Assembly (NCBI RefSeq): GCF_009914755.1
Contig: NC_060926.1
DNA length: 64,000 bases
Source: the human T2T-CHM13v2.0 reference genome, Homo sapiens
Strand: one strand, 5' to 3'
In this document: piece by piece, positions 16,915 to 29,327 of the stretch
How positions within the stretch are numbered: position 1 is the stretch's first letter
How the letters are laid out: every line of letters starts with the position of its first letter
Program-made: the position numbers and the translations under genes
Notes under the pieces: model-generated
What the model saw: only the letters and a program-made list of their open reading frames with translations
Databases searched by the model: none
Told to the model about the DNA's origin: nothing

Positions 16915-17240
16915 CCCATTAATCCACTCGTTTATTAATTTAGTGAATAATTTTTGAGTATCTTTTATGTGAGAAGCAAAACCTTAGGTGTTAAGGAGTA
17001 TACCAGAGAACAAACACAAAAATCCCTACAATCTTGGAGCTTATGTTTATGACACTATAGAGATTTAAAAACAAATAAGCAAGTAAAATATATAGTTTGT
17101 CAGATGGTGTTAAGTGTAATGAAGAAAAATAAATCCAGGAAAGGCAGTAGGACATGCCAAGTGAGAGGTGGGTGAGAGCTGAGAGGTGCGTTGTTTTAAA
17201 TAGGTCAGGAAAGGCCTTACAGATAAGGTAACTTTGTTAA
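16915..17240 (-). mobile_element. L2 3' end
   Basis: tggagcttatgttt; gtcaggaaaggcctt. Confidence 0.6.
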
Positions 17241-18149
17241 AAGATATAAAAAAGTTAGTTCCAGATGACTTTAATAATCTGCTTTCACAAATCATTTCAG
17301 CAGCAGAATTGGGAAAGCGTTTGATCCAGCGTTTCTGCTGTTTTTATTGAACACTTGAAATAACCCTTTATTTTATGTTCTAAGAGTGGTACCTTCAGCA
17401 CAAGAATCTGGTTCTTTCACAGAATTAATAGAGGGCAAACATTTTTTCCCCAGAGTTATGTGCCTGGTGAACAGACTCATTCCAATGTCACTCCAGTGGT
17501 CTCACTGAACTAATACAACCATACATATGGACATTAGGTATTTTTTCCTATTCATTCACATGTTTGTTTTCTGAAGTTGACTATGAGCCTGTTGAAGGTA
17601 AGAATGGGACAATGATTTGTTCATCTTGGCAGCCTCAATGCCTAACCAAGTTCCTGGCATAGGTCAGGTGCTCAATGATTGCCAGTTGAATAAATAAAGT
17701 TCAAGAGTAAAATAGACATTGATTTTAAACAGCTCACGAGATGAATCCTCAATGGCTGCATTTACCTACTAAAATGTCTAAAGTGGATAAATGTCTTACA
17801 ACATGACAGCCTCCCTCCTGCTCCAAGTCCTATGGGGACCTGGCATCAAGGACCTGCTCTGTAAAATAAAGTGATAATGTCTATCCAGCAGCGATGCTTT
17901 TGAGTATAAGCAACTATAAGAGGCTATTGCCAATCACGTTTTCCCCATGACAGTGCTGGCAAGTGGGATAGCTCTCATCCTCACATTTTCCTTCTGTCTC
18001 TGTAACAGATAATCTGTCTTACATCTTCTTTCTGAGATGATGTGGAGGAGTGATACCCTTTACACTAGATTAGCAGGCAAAACTATGATGGTTTGTGATA
18101 TCCATGCTTGTAGAAGTAATAAGAAGAAAGGGAACACAGAAGCTTTATT

Positions 18150-18362
18150 TTATAGTGGAGTCCTGACTCTAGGCCTTAATAATTGCATGGTTTTGGGTAA
18201 GTTGCTAAATCACTGTGAATCCCATCACCTCATCTGTAAACTGGGAATAATAATTACTACCTTACAGCATTGTTGTGAAGGTCAAGTTCAATAATATATG
18301 CAAAGCATTCGGAATGGTGCATAGTACATAATGTGGGTGTTCAATAAATTAACAGTAGTATT
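18150..18362 (+). mobile_element. MIR
   Basis: ctcatctgtaaactgggaataataat core. Confidence 0.75.
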
Positions 18363-18563
18363 TTTACCACTGCAGAGAATAATCTTACTCTCAGGCAAGT
18401 AGAATCTGTTACAGTTGTTGAATATTTATGTAATCATTGAGGATGTTTATAAATATATTTGCTTCTAAAAATTTTTTCCTTACATATTCTTTTATTAATA
18501 TTAAACCAAGTAACATTTATAATATTCTTGAATATCTTATCACTTAAGAACATGAGGAAAGGT

Positions 18564-19014
<451 letters not shown>

Positions 19015-19187
19015 TTAGCAGGTATTTTGGCATCATAAAAGGTTGATGTAATCTCAGTCACTATGATACTTTTCTTGTACAAAGATACAGTCTATGGAAG
19101 TCATTATCTTTTCAGGTAGGAAAGTGATGCTCTAGTGGGGTCTGAACTCTAGTCTAATAACTTTCTCTCTTTTTTCTTTTTTTTTAG

Positions 19188-19314
19188 AGTTTTCTTGAAG
19201 TACAACTAAGGACAGGTCACCACTAGGCACTAACATCGCTGACTTGCATGATTATGGAGATGGTCTATCTGATGCTGAAAATGTCTCTAGTTTTTTGACA
19301 ACGGCTAAATAACC
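19188..19314 (+). other. RASGRP3: 5'UTR part of the start-codon exon
   Basis: Long pyrimidine tract + TAG at 19185-19187; in-frame TAA at 19306 excludes an N-terminal extension. Confidence 0.85.
19248..19298 (+). promoter_or_regulatory. uORF MIMEMVYLMLKMSLVF* with 5 in-frame AUGs
   Basis: Translated by hand; TGA ends 16 nt before the main ATG. Confidence 0.75.
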
Positions 19315-19384
19315 ATGGGATCAAGTGGCCTTGGGAAAGCAGCAACATTAGATGAACTGCTGTGCACTTGCATTGAGATGTTTG
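19315..19384 (+). CDS. RASGRP3: RASGRP3 coding exon 1 (MGSSGLGKAATLDELLCTCIEMF), REM domain start
   Basis: Strong Kozak accATGG; recognisable RasGRP3 N-terminus; donor G|gtacga, phase 1. Confidence 0.97.
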
Positions 19385-19489
19385 GTACGAGCCTTTTCTC
19401 CTTTCATCTCTTTTGGATCTCTCGATGCTCTCACTTTCCTCTATTCAGAGGCAAGTTGCTTGTAGAACAGAGTTCAGTCTCTGTACCTT

Positions 19490-20010
19490 GGTATTTAAGG
19501 CCTTTCGGATGGACCCGGGTCTGTCTCTCCAGTTTCACTGCCCTCCATATTTCTTTCCCTTTACTGCCCACAGCTCATACCCCAGTCAAACTGTCTACTT
19601 AATGTTTCTGGAACATTCTCTGCACCTTTCTACCACCATCCATTGGTCATATTCCCTTCACTGAAATTCTGCTTCAGGGCCCTCTCAGATGTTCATAGTA
19701 CCATTCCTAGTCTTCTTGGTCAGGAATGCTGCTTGCCTCTTCCCCCATCCCATATCCCATTGTAATTCCTTATAGCACATGGCATATGCCTCTGTAATTG
19801 TTTCTTGGTCTTTTGACTCAGTCTTTTGACTCAGACGAATGTGAGTAGCACAATTGACTACATTCTACATTCATACACGTCATATCTGCTACTAGATTAT
19901 ACACTTTTCAGCTGTATGCTCCTTGTGTTGTTGTTTTCATATCCACCTCAGCATTTTGGGTTATCCGTTGCACAAAGAAAGTCAACCCACATGGGAGTAG
20001 TTATTTATTA
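19490..20010 (+). mobile_element. L2 fragment
   Basis: Degenerate L2 3' region. Confidence 0.45.
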
Positions 20011-20045
20011 AATTGATTACTATAGAAACCAGAGTTAAACCAGTG

Positions 20046-20223
20046 CAGGGTTGCCAGATAAAATACAGGATGACCAGTTACATTTGAATTTCTGACAAAC
20101 ATTTTTAGTGTTAGTATGACCTAAATAATGCCTGGGACATACTTACAATACAGAAATTTATCATTGTTTCTCTTAAATTCAAATTTAACTGATTGTCCTG
20201 AATTTTACTAAAACTGTCAACTG
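20046..20223. mobile_element. MER53 palindromic hAT MITE
   Basis: cagggttgccagataaaatacagga start; internal inverted repeats; tgggacatactta. Confidence 0.85.
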
Positions 20224-20305
20224 TAGACCAGAGGAAGGGTAAGACCCACCCACCTTTACTTGCAAGGAAATACTAGCCGAAGTAGGAGGTAAAAGATCAC
20301 TGGTC

Positions 20306-20600
20306 GGCCAGGCGCAGTGGCTCACGCCTGTAATCCCAGCACTTTGGGAGGCTGAGGTGGGCGGATCATGAGGTCAGGAGTTCAAGACCAGCCTGACCAA
20401 TATGGTGAAACCCCGTCTCTACTAAAAATAGAAAAATTTGCCAGGCGTGGTGGCAGGCGCCTGTAGTCCCAGCTACTCAGGAGGCTGAAGCAGGAAAATG
20501 TTTGAACCCGGGAGGTGGAGGTTGCAGTGAGCCGAGATCATGCCAGTGCACTCCAGCCTGGGTGACAGAGCAAGACTCCATCTTAAAAAGAAATAAAATA
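20306..20600 (+). mobile_element. Alu
   Basis: Dimer; TSD aaaagatca. Confidence 0.95.
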
Positions 20601-20719
20601 AAAGATCATTTGTCTATGAAAAGTTTTTGACATATGACACTACTGCGTCTCTACTGATGTTAGAAAAAGTAAAGAATAGCACTATTATCTCCTCACTTCT
20701 TGTTTTATTTTTCTAACAG

Positions 20720-20822
20720 ATGACAATGGAGAGCTGGATAATAGTTATTTGCCAAGAATAGTTCTACTGATGCACCGATGGTATTTATCTTCCACTGAAT
20801 TGGCAGAAAAACTTCTCTGCAT
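20720..20822 (+). CDS. RASGRP3: Coding exon 2 (DDNGELDNSYLPRIVLLMHRWYLSSTELAEKLLC-M), REM
   Basis: ctaacag| acceptor; ends at AT|ATATCTTT U12-type donor, phase 2. Confidence 0.95.
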
Positions 20823-22261
20823 ATATCTTTTCAACTACTGTGTAATTTTTACAATCATAAATCAAGCTCTGTATTTAGATAGAGTGTCTATCCAAAGCCA
20901 GTAAATTAAGATGAATAAATAGTCTTTGGTTATCCAGCTGTTTTGTGAATATATATAGATGTCTAGACAAAACACATCTGGATGATAGACCAGATAGTTG
21001 ACTCTCCATCTGGATGTTTTGGCTGTACTTGAAAATAATCACTAAGATGTAAAATGAAGCAGGAACTGTAGGCTGGATGTTTCTAACTTGTCTTAAACAT
21101 TTCTGTTATTAGAACAATGAGAGAATATTTAACAATGATTCAAGACCAAATTTGTTTCTTCTGGGATGGCAAAATGGTGGGCATAGAGGACGCAGCTTAA
21201 TCATATGGAAATACAGCCAAAATAATATGCTCTTACTTGGGCACAAACATCAATTTAGTTTTCACATCTCCCCTTGCTGCCAAGACACAATGAACATTCT
21301 AGCAGACTTATTATAATTTGTTGACTGATACTAATTTTAGATTTTCTTCTGAAATGAAAACAAAAAAATCCCACATGGTTAGAAACACCATTCCATAATG
21401 AAGGCTTTTAGCAGTCTACCAGTTCTCTACATAATGCAGTCCAGAAAAGTGGTTGAAAGCCAAATGACTGAAAATGCAGTCTCCCATTTGTAAAAGGTTC
21501 TATTCCCTGAGAGCCAATGCTTTTATTATACAATCTCTAATGTCAGTGCCTGCAGTCTCTGCCTTCTTCAAGCCCATGAGGCCCTGGAGATGAGTGAGAA
21601 CCCCTACAGGGAGGGGGAGCCTTAGAGAGAGAGGCACAGCCTTAGAGGGAGAGGCACCATCAAGTGTTATTAGGGCCTGCCAAGGCTTCTGGAGCCAGTA
21701 GGGTGTCCACCTGTTCAGTTCAAGCTTCCTCCACTTTCTACTTCTTCTCTTCATCCTCCTCACAACCTCAGAGCAGAAAAGGATATTAGACAGTCTATAA
21801 GGTCTGTGGAAGTGAGCAAGATCCTAGCTCCCAGTGGTCCAAGGGTCATATGACTCCACTGTTGAGGTGTAGAAAATAGGTAAGGATGGAGGGCATTGAC
21901 TCAGTCTGGCCATATTCCTGACAACCTAGACATTGTCCAAAGAATGTACCCACCAACAGCATTCTCACCCTTAGCATGGCCACCAATGCATGAAACACAA
22001 ATAAAAAGGGATATTTAGGCATAGTAACGTTTAATGTGGAAAGTTGAAGACTGCCTGTGAATCGACATTTCTATAAACTTTCCTCCCTTTGGATTCCTTG
22101 CTCATGCTATATCCACAGTGCCTGGCATATACACAAGCTCAATAAATATTTGTTAAAAAGAATATGAATAAATACGCTTACAAGTAAATAACACAACTTG
22201 AGTATTAATATACCTGAAAATGACATTTTCAAATATTAAAGAAGAAATTAGAGTACCCATA

Positions 22262-23462
22262 CAGTTACACATAACATAACGACGGGGATACGTTCTAAGA
22301 AATTCATCATTCGATGATTTCATGATTGTGCAAACATCATAGAGTGCACTCACACAAGCCTAGATGCTGTAGCCTACTACACACCTAGGCTATATGATAC
22401 AGCCTATTGGTCCTGGACTACAAACCTGTACAGCATGTCGCTGTACTGAATTCTATAGGCAACTGTAACACAATGGTGGGTATTTGTGTATCTAAACATA
22501 GAAAAGGTGCAGTAAAAATATGGTATAAAAGATAAAAAGTGGTACACCTGTATAGGGTGCTTATCATGAATGGAGCTTGCAAGACTGGAAGCCGCTCAGG
22601 GTGAGTCAGTGAGTGAGTGGAGAGTGAATGTGAAGGCCTAGGACATTAGTGTACAATATTGTAGACTTTATAGACACTATACACTTAGGCTACACCAAAT
22701 TATAAAAATATTTTTCTTTCCTCAATAATAAATTAACCTTAGCTTACTGTAACTTTTATACTTTATAAACCTTTAAAAACTTTTTAGTCCTTTTGTAATA
22801 TACACCTTAAAACACAAATATATTGCACTGCTGTAAAAAATATTTTCTTTCTTAATATCTTTATTCTACAAACTTACTCTATTTAAATTTTTTTTTTTAC
22901 TTTTTAAACTTTTTTTGTTAAAAGCAAAGACAGAAACACACGCATTAGCCTAGGTTTAGGTTTACACAGGCTCAGGATCATCAATATCACTGTCTTCCAC
23001 CTCTATCTCTTGTTCCCCTGGAAGGTGTCTGCAAGAGCAGTAACAGGCATGGAGCTGGTCATCATCTCCTATGATAACAATCCCTTCTTCTGGAATAGGT
23101 CCTGAAGAACCTGCTGAGGCTGTTTTACAGTTAACTTTTTAATTTTTTAAGTAAAAGGAGTACTCTAAAATTACAACAAAAATAATATAGTAAATACATA
23201 AACCAATAACAGTCATTTATTCTCAAGTATCATATACTATACATAACTGTGCACACTAGACTTTTATATGACTCACACAACAGCAGGTTTGTTTACACCA
23301 CCATCACTACAAACACATGAGTAATGCATTGGGTTACAACATTATGCTGGCTACCATGTCACCAGGCAATAGGAATTTTTCAATCCCACTATAATCTTAT
23401 TGGACCACTGTCACATATGCAGTCCTTCATTGACTGAAACGTTGTTATGTGGTGCATAACTG
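22262..23462 (-). mobile_element. Tigger3b-like Tc1/mariner element, about full length (1201 bp)
   Basis: TA TSDs at 22260-61 and 23463-64; TIRs cagtta..acataac 17/22 identical. Confidence 0.85.
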
Positions 23463-23515
23463 TATAAGGCATTAATCCTAAATACAAAATCTTTTTGGTT
23501 AAAATAGTGTTTCTC

Positions 23516-23852
<337 letters not shown>

Positions 23853-24132
23853 TTACAGTTGGCAGTTATTGGTTAATAAGTGTGGAGGAAGGCAAAACTA
23901 ATCCTGTAAGTGGCTTCTTCTTCAGACCAAAAAAATGCATTCCAGAGCTATAATAAATCAAGTTTCAATTGTTCAGTGTGGAAGTCATCAGAGGCCACTT
24001 CTCTCCGTATTTGAGTGTCTATATAACCCCAGCATGGTCCTCTTATTAGGAATTGGTATACATTGAGGGCATAGCTGCAGGGGTGTGCAAAGGAAAGGAG
24101 GTGCAAGGATTTTTTTTCTTTAACTGGTTTAC

Positions 24133-24195
24133 GTATCGAAATGCCACTGGAGAAAGCTGCAATGAATTTCGATTAAAGATCTGCTACTTCATGAG
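24133..24195 (+). CDS. RASGRP3: Coding exon 3 (M-YRNATGESCNEFRLKICYFM-R)
   Basis: Follows AC acceptor; donor AG|gtaaat; 63 nt, phase 2-2. Confidence 0.95.
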
Positions 24196-24733
24196 GTAAA
24201 TATATTTACAAATTTAATTTCTTGTAGTTTCTGGTTCTGGAATCGTGGACAATTTCCTTTTCCCCAAGCTGCAGACCTAGTTTGACAACAGACTCTACTC
24301 TGATACCCCTCCCACCAACTTCGTTAAAATTGGCTCTCCTCTGTTGGGTGGGGTGGGGGGAACTATCTTTTGGACTAGAGATCAAGTAGTAGTAAATGTG
24401 ATTACGGAATGAAACTAGCTCTTAGAAAGGGTGGATTTATTTTCTTCTACTCCCTCACCACACCCATTCCCATCTACTCACCATGAATTGAAGGAAGGGT
24501 TTCCTCTCAACTGAAGGAGAGGCTATGAGTGGGAGCGGTTTTAGATTGAAGGAGGGCAGAGAGAGGCTCCATGTGATGGATGGGGTTTTGGAGACAGGAG
24601 ATGGCTAATTTGAAGTGTGGTCCTGGATGGTCCTGGACTTGGTGTTAAATGTAGTCTGTAAAACGGTACAATCGTTTCCATAGATAACCAACTTGCAATC
24701 TTCCAGCTGCCAAAAATATTTGATGCCTTTCAG

Positions 24734-24865
24734 GTACTGGATTCTGAAGTTTCCTGCAGAGTTTAATTTGGATCTTGGTTTGATTCGTATGACTGAGGAA
24801 TTTCGGGAAGTAGCTAGTCAACTAGGATATGAAAAACACGTCAGCCTCATCGACATATCCAGCAT
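24734..24865 (+). CDS. RASGRP3: Coding exon 4 (R-YWILKFPAEF...LIDISS-I)
   Basis: tttcag| ... AT|gtaaga; 132 nt; frame continuous. Confidence 0.96.
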
Positions 24866-24999
24866 GTAAGAGTGGCACCGACGTCTTTCACACCCAATAA
24901 GTCCACCACTTAGGGGAGGAAGTAGTGATCACCCCACTTGTTCTGAGTCCATCCCACTCCTGAATCCAGGTTTGCTTCTGTGAGGAAAGCCTTGCTGCA

Positions 25000-25170
25000 G
25001 TGAGCGCAAGCCGTATGGGACACAGCTCATCTCTCCAAGCTTCAGTTTTTTTTATTTGTAAAATGTGGACGATACCTTTCTCATGAGATTATTATGAACA
25101 TTCAATAAGGACACAAGATAGCACATGAAAGGATTTGGCATGCAATAGATGCTCAGTGTTAGTTACTGAG
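25000..25170 (+). mobile_element. MIR
   Basis: cttcagttttt..tgtaaaatg core. Confidence 0.6.
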
Positions 25171-25199
25171 TCTGAATCTACTTAATGTCTCTTACACCT

Positions 25200-25351
25200 T
25201 CACTGATTAAAGTGTGGTCTGCAGACCAGCAGCATTGGCGTTACCTGGGAGCTCATTAGGAATGCAGCCTCTAGGCCCCACCTTAAACCTGAATTGGAAT
25301 CTGCACTTTAAAGATCCCCAAGTGATTCACATGCAAGCTTGAGAAGCTCTG
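25200..25351. mobile_element. MER5A-family hAT
   Basis: aagtgtggtc..gaccagcagcat..acctgggagct..ttgagaagctctg. Confidence 0.75.
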
Positions 25352-25644
25352 TACCATGGTGCTGCTGAGGTTGGCCTCAGAACAACAGCCTTATGGTGGT
25401 TGACCATAGATGTGCCAGGAGCTGGTTAGCTCAGTTATTAGGTAACCGGTGCAATTAGGCCACTTTCATATCAACTAGGTAACTTTGCACAGGGAAGACT
25501 ATTTGATGATCCTAAATATGGCTATCCATCTTGCAAATGTCTGTTCTTGTGTGTTACGTATTCATAGTCTACTCTGTTTTCCACTGTCGATTACTATTGA
25601 ATACTTCTTCAATAGTAATCAATAGTGAATGATCCAGGAATTAT

Positions 25645-25782
25645 AAGGGATGTTTGGTGAAAATACATATTATTCAGGATCATTCCTAATAAGTCAGAAC
25701 CTCTGGCAGCGAGGCCCAGGCCTCTGTCTTTATAACAAGCTTTTCAGATAGTTCATGTTATACTAAAGTATGAGAACCACAG
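25645..25782. mobile_element. MER5-family fragment
   Basis: tcagaacctctgg..ggcccagg..ctaaagtatgagaaccac. Confidence 0.55.
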
Positions 25783-26135
25783 CTTCTAGTGGTTTCCATG
25801 TGTCTTAAATCACCACCTATATCCTGATAAACTCCCAAATTTATATACTAGCCCCGACCTTTCCTGTATGATCCAGACCTTGCCGGTCACAAAGACACTA
25901 AGTAAGAAATTCTGGATGGATCAGTGCAAAACCTACCCTGTCTGGAAAAACAACTCCAAGTTTATGTTCTGTTGGCAACTGGTCAGTGGTTTTCTCTTCC
26001 AATATGAAAGACAGGGCATGTATTTTGCACAAGTCCCTGGAAGCAAGCCAAGAGTTGCAGAGTCAGTAGGTTAATAACTTCCATTGAGTGAAATGGGCTT
26101 TCAACACATTGACCGGACTCACTCTTCTTTTATAG

Positions 26136-26283
26136 TCCTTCCTATGACTGGATGAGAAGAGTCACACAGAGGAAAAAAGTATCCAAGAAGGGAAAAGCCT
26201 GTCTGCTGTTTGACCATCTGGAGCCCATTGAATTGGCTGAGCACCTCACTTTTCTGGAGCATAAATCTTTTAGAAGGATCTCA
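26136..26283 (+). CDS. RASGRP3: Coding exon 5 ([15 protein letters not shown]...FRRIS); contains Thr133 (26164-26166), the known PKC site; start of CDC25 domain
   Basis: ttttatag| ... TCA|gtaaga; [16 protein letters not shown] is a RasGEF motif. Confidence 0.97.
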
Positions 26284-27372
26284 GTAAGAAACTTGACATT
26301 TATTCTTCCAAGGATAACAACCACCATGCCAACTTTCCCAAGAGCTGCATTTTCATACTCTGAAGTGTTGGCAGCTTCTATCACTGTGCTCTGCTGGAAA
26401 AGTGCCCTTAATTCACAGGAACAATCCCTTTTAACCAAAGATAAATATTATCCTGTCTTTATTTTATGGCTCAGGAGCTATATTTCTGTCGCTATTTTCA
26501 ATGTCTCCTTTCATAGGATTAAAGCGTGATTTTTCTAAACAGTCAGTGGAGATTTAACCATTCAAGGTTGATTTAGCTCCATTGACTTCTCCCAAGTGAA
26601 CATGTTTTGCTAGGCCCTTCGTTTTTGGGAAAAAATATTTAGTTAGGTTCGGATTTGTATAAATGGCTAATTATGGGTGTAGGTTGAAAATAGGAATTGC
26701 AGACTTTAAGGAGAATCTCAACATCAGGTTGTTTCTTTCCCAGAGATAGAGATCCTGAATTAAACTTTTCTTTCCTACTCATCTTGATGGAGCCTCATTC
26801 CTTCTCTAACTCCCCCTTTTCTTTCTCTGGTCTGTGATTTCTTAGCCTCCTGCTCTCTCTCCTCCCGTTATGGTAAACATTTTCCACACTGGTTCACAAT
26901 CAGCCAGCCACTTTGCTTTGTCTCGCCAAGCTGTGGGGAAGTCGCTCCTCCTCCTTTTCCAAGGTGTCAGAGAATGAATTACATTATTGCGTGCAAAGAA
27001 GACTGTCTTGGTTAGAAGCATGAATTTCTGAAAGACTGATTCTTTCACTAAGTAATCCTACTTGGAGAGGACCTTAACAATTCCCCACAGGCAGGCCATG
27101 GGAGTCCCCTGCACAGTTTATATGATAGAAAGCTCTTATGTATTTTTTGACATCCATGCTAACATTCTGAAAATGTGTTTGCCTTGCTAAAGAGCAGCCT
27201 TACTTCAATTAATTTTTTTTCTTCTGTCTTCTTTTTCTTGAAACAACTTTACAACTGATGCTAACTTGAAATAATTATATTTACGTTCATTTCCTCGTCT
27301 TTATTGTATACCGTTATATCTTTAACTTGCCTGATTGGAATCACCAGCAGTGTGTTAAAAATGGAGATTCTT

Positions 27373-27749
<377 letters not shown>

Positions 27750-28057
27750 TTATCACCTAGTAAATTTTGAACTCATTGGAATACAACTTTGAATCTTGCC
27801 TCTTTCTCCTCCCACCAAAGCTGTGATGTGTAGTAGTGGGTGTCTTTGCGTGGGGTGAGTAGTGGGGTTTGAAAAGCAGCAAAATAACATTTTAAAGACA
27901 CATGTATATTCAAACTTTTAGGATGCCATTGTAAATGTGAAATAAAAGAGATTGTGTTGTTACGAAACAATATCTCACCTTTTCTATGCAATATTCTAAT
28001 TTTTGATTTTACAAAGGCTCTATTATAATTCAGAGTCTCTGAATCTTCCTTTCCTAG

Positions 28058-28231
28058 TTCACTGATTACCAAAGCTATGTCATCCATGGCTGCCTGGAGA
28101 ATAATCCAACCTTGGAAAGATCGATTGCTTTATTTAATGGAATCTCTAAGTGGGTCCAGTTGATGGTTCTTAGCAAACCAACCCCCCAGCAAAGGGCAGA
28201 AGTCATCACAAAGTTTATCAATGTTGCAAAG
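28058..28231 (+). CDS. RASGRP3: Coding exon 6 (FTDYQSY...KFINVAK), CDC25
   Basis: ttcctag| ... AAG|gtatgt; 174 nt. Confidence 0.97.
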
Positions 28232-28610
28232 GTATGTCTGGTAATCAGACTGGGTTCTTGAGTTCTAGATGTTCGTTCACTCTGTTGAGAAAAGTCATTG
28301 AGGAAATGTGGCGTTCACAGTATAAGGGCATCGGACAACTAAACTACTCGCTGATATCTAATGAACAAATCGTATTTTTGTCATGCAAGAAGATTGCTTT
28401 CAGAAAGCAATGCTTAGAAGCATTTAATGTAGCTATTTCTCTGTGAAATAATAGATATATTTCTCTGATTCTATTTGTGCTTCATTTTAAATTGATGTAA
28501 TGTTTTCCTTAGCTTCTTGTTATTAAAATTGTGCATAAATTTACTTGTAATTCAGAAAGTTTAGAATAATTTGAAAATCCTTAAAAAGCATTGATGCATT
28601 TTTATTGCAG

Positions 28611-28727
28611 AAGCTCCTTCAGCTCAAAAATTTTAACACCCTGATGGCAGTGGTGGGAGGCCTCAGTCATAGTTCCATTTCACGCCTCAAAGAGACCCAT
28701 TCTCATCTTTCTTCAGAAGTTACAAAG
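28611..28727 (+). CDS. RASGRP3: Coding exon 7 ([29 protein letters not shown]...VTK), CDC25
   Basis: ttgcag| ... AAG|gtatag; [13 protein letters not shown] RasGEF signature. Confidence 0.97.
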
Positions 28728-28976
28728 GTATAGTAGACTTGATCCTAATCAAAAGTAAAAAAATGCATTTGTAAATTGTTCAGGTTTAGTATACGCCTAA
28801 CAAATGTCACTCAGAGTGGGAAAGTTTTCCTCTTAAACCAGTGGTAGGTTATAAATGGGGACAAAGTAGAAAGGGAATAACCACACCAGCTGAGTCCACC
28901 TGGAAAAACAGGTTGGAGGTGGTGGTAAGTGTCCTAGGAAGAATGCTTTGACATACCATTAGAATACTGTAGTGGT

Positions 28977-29327
<351 letters not shown>

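Noticed and set aside
26284-26529. ORF extensions past exon 5 (similarly past exons 1 and 8)
   Set aside because: Intron read-through beyond good donors; no RasGEF similarity
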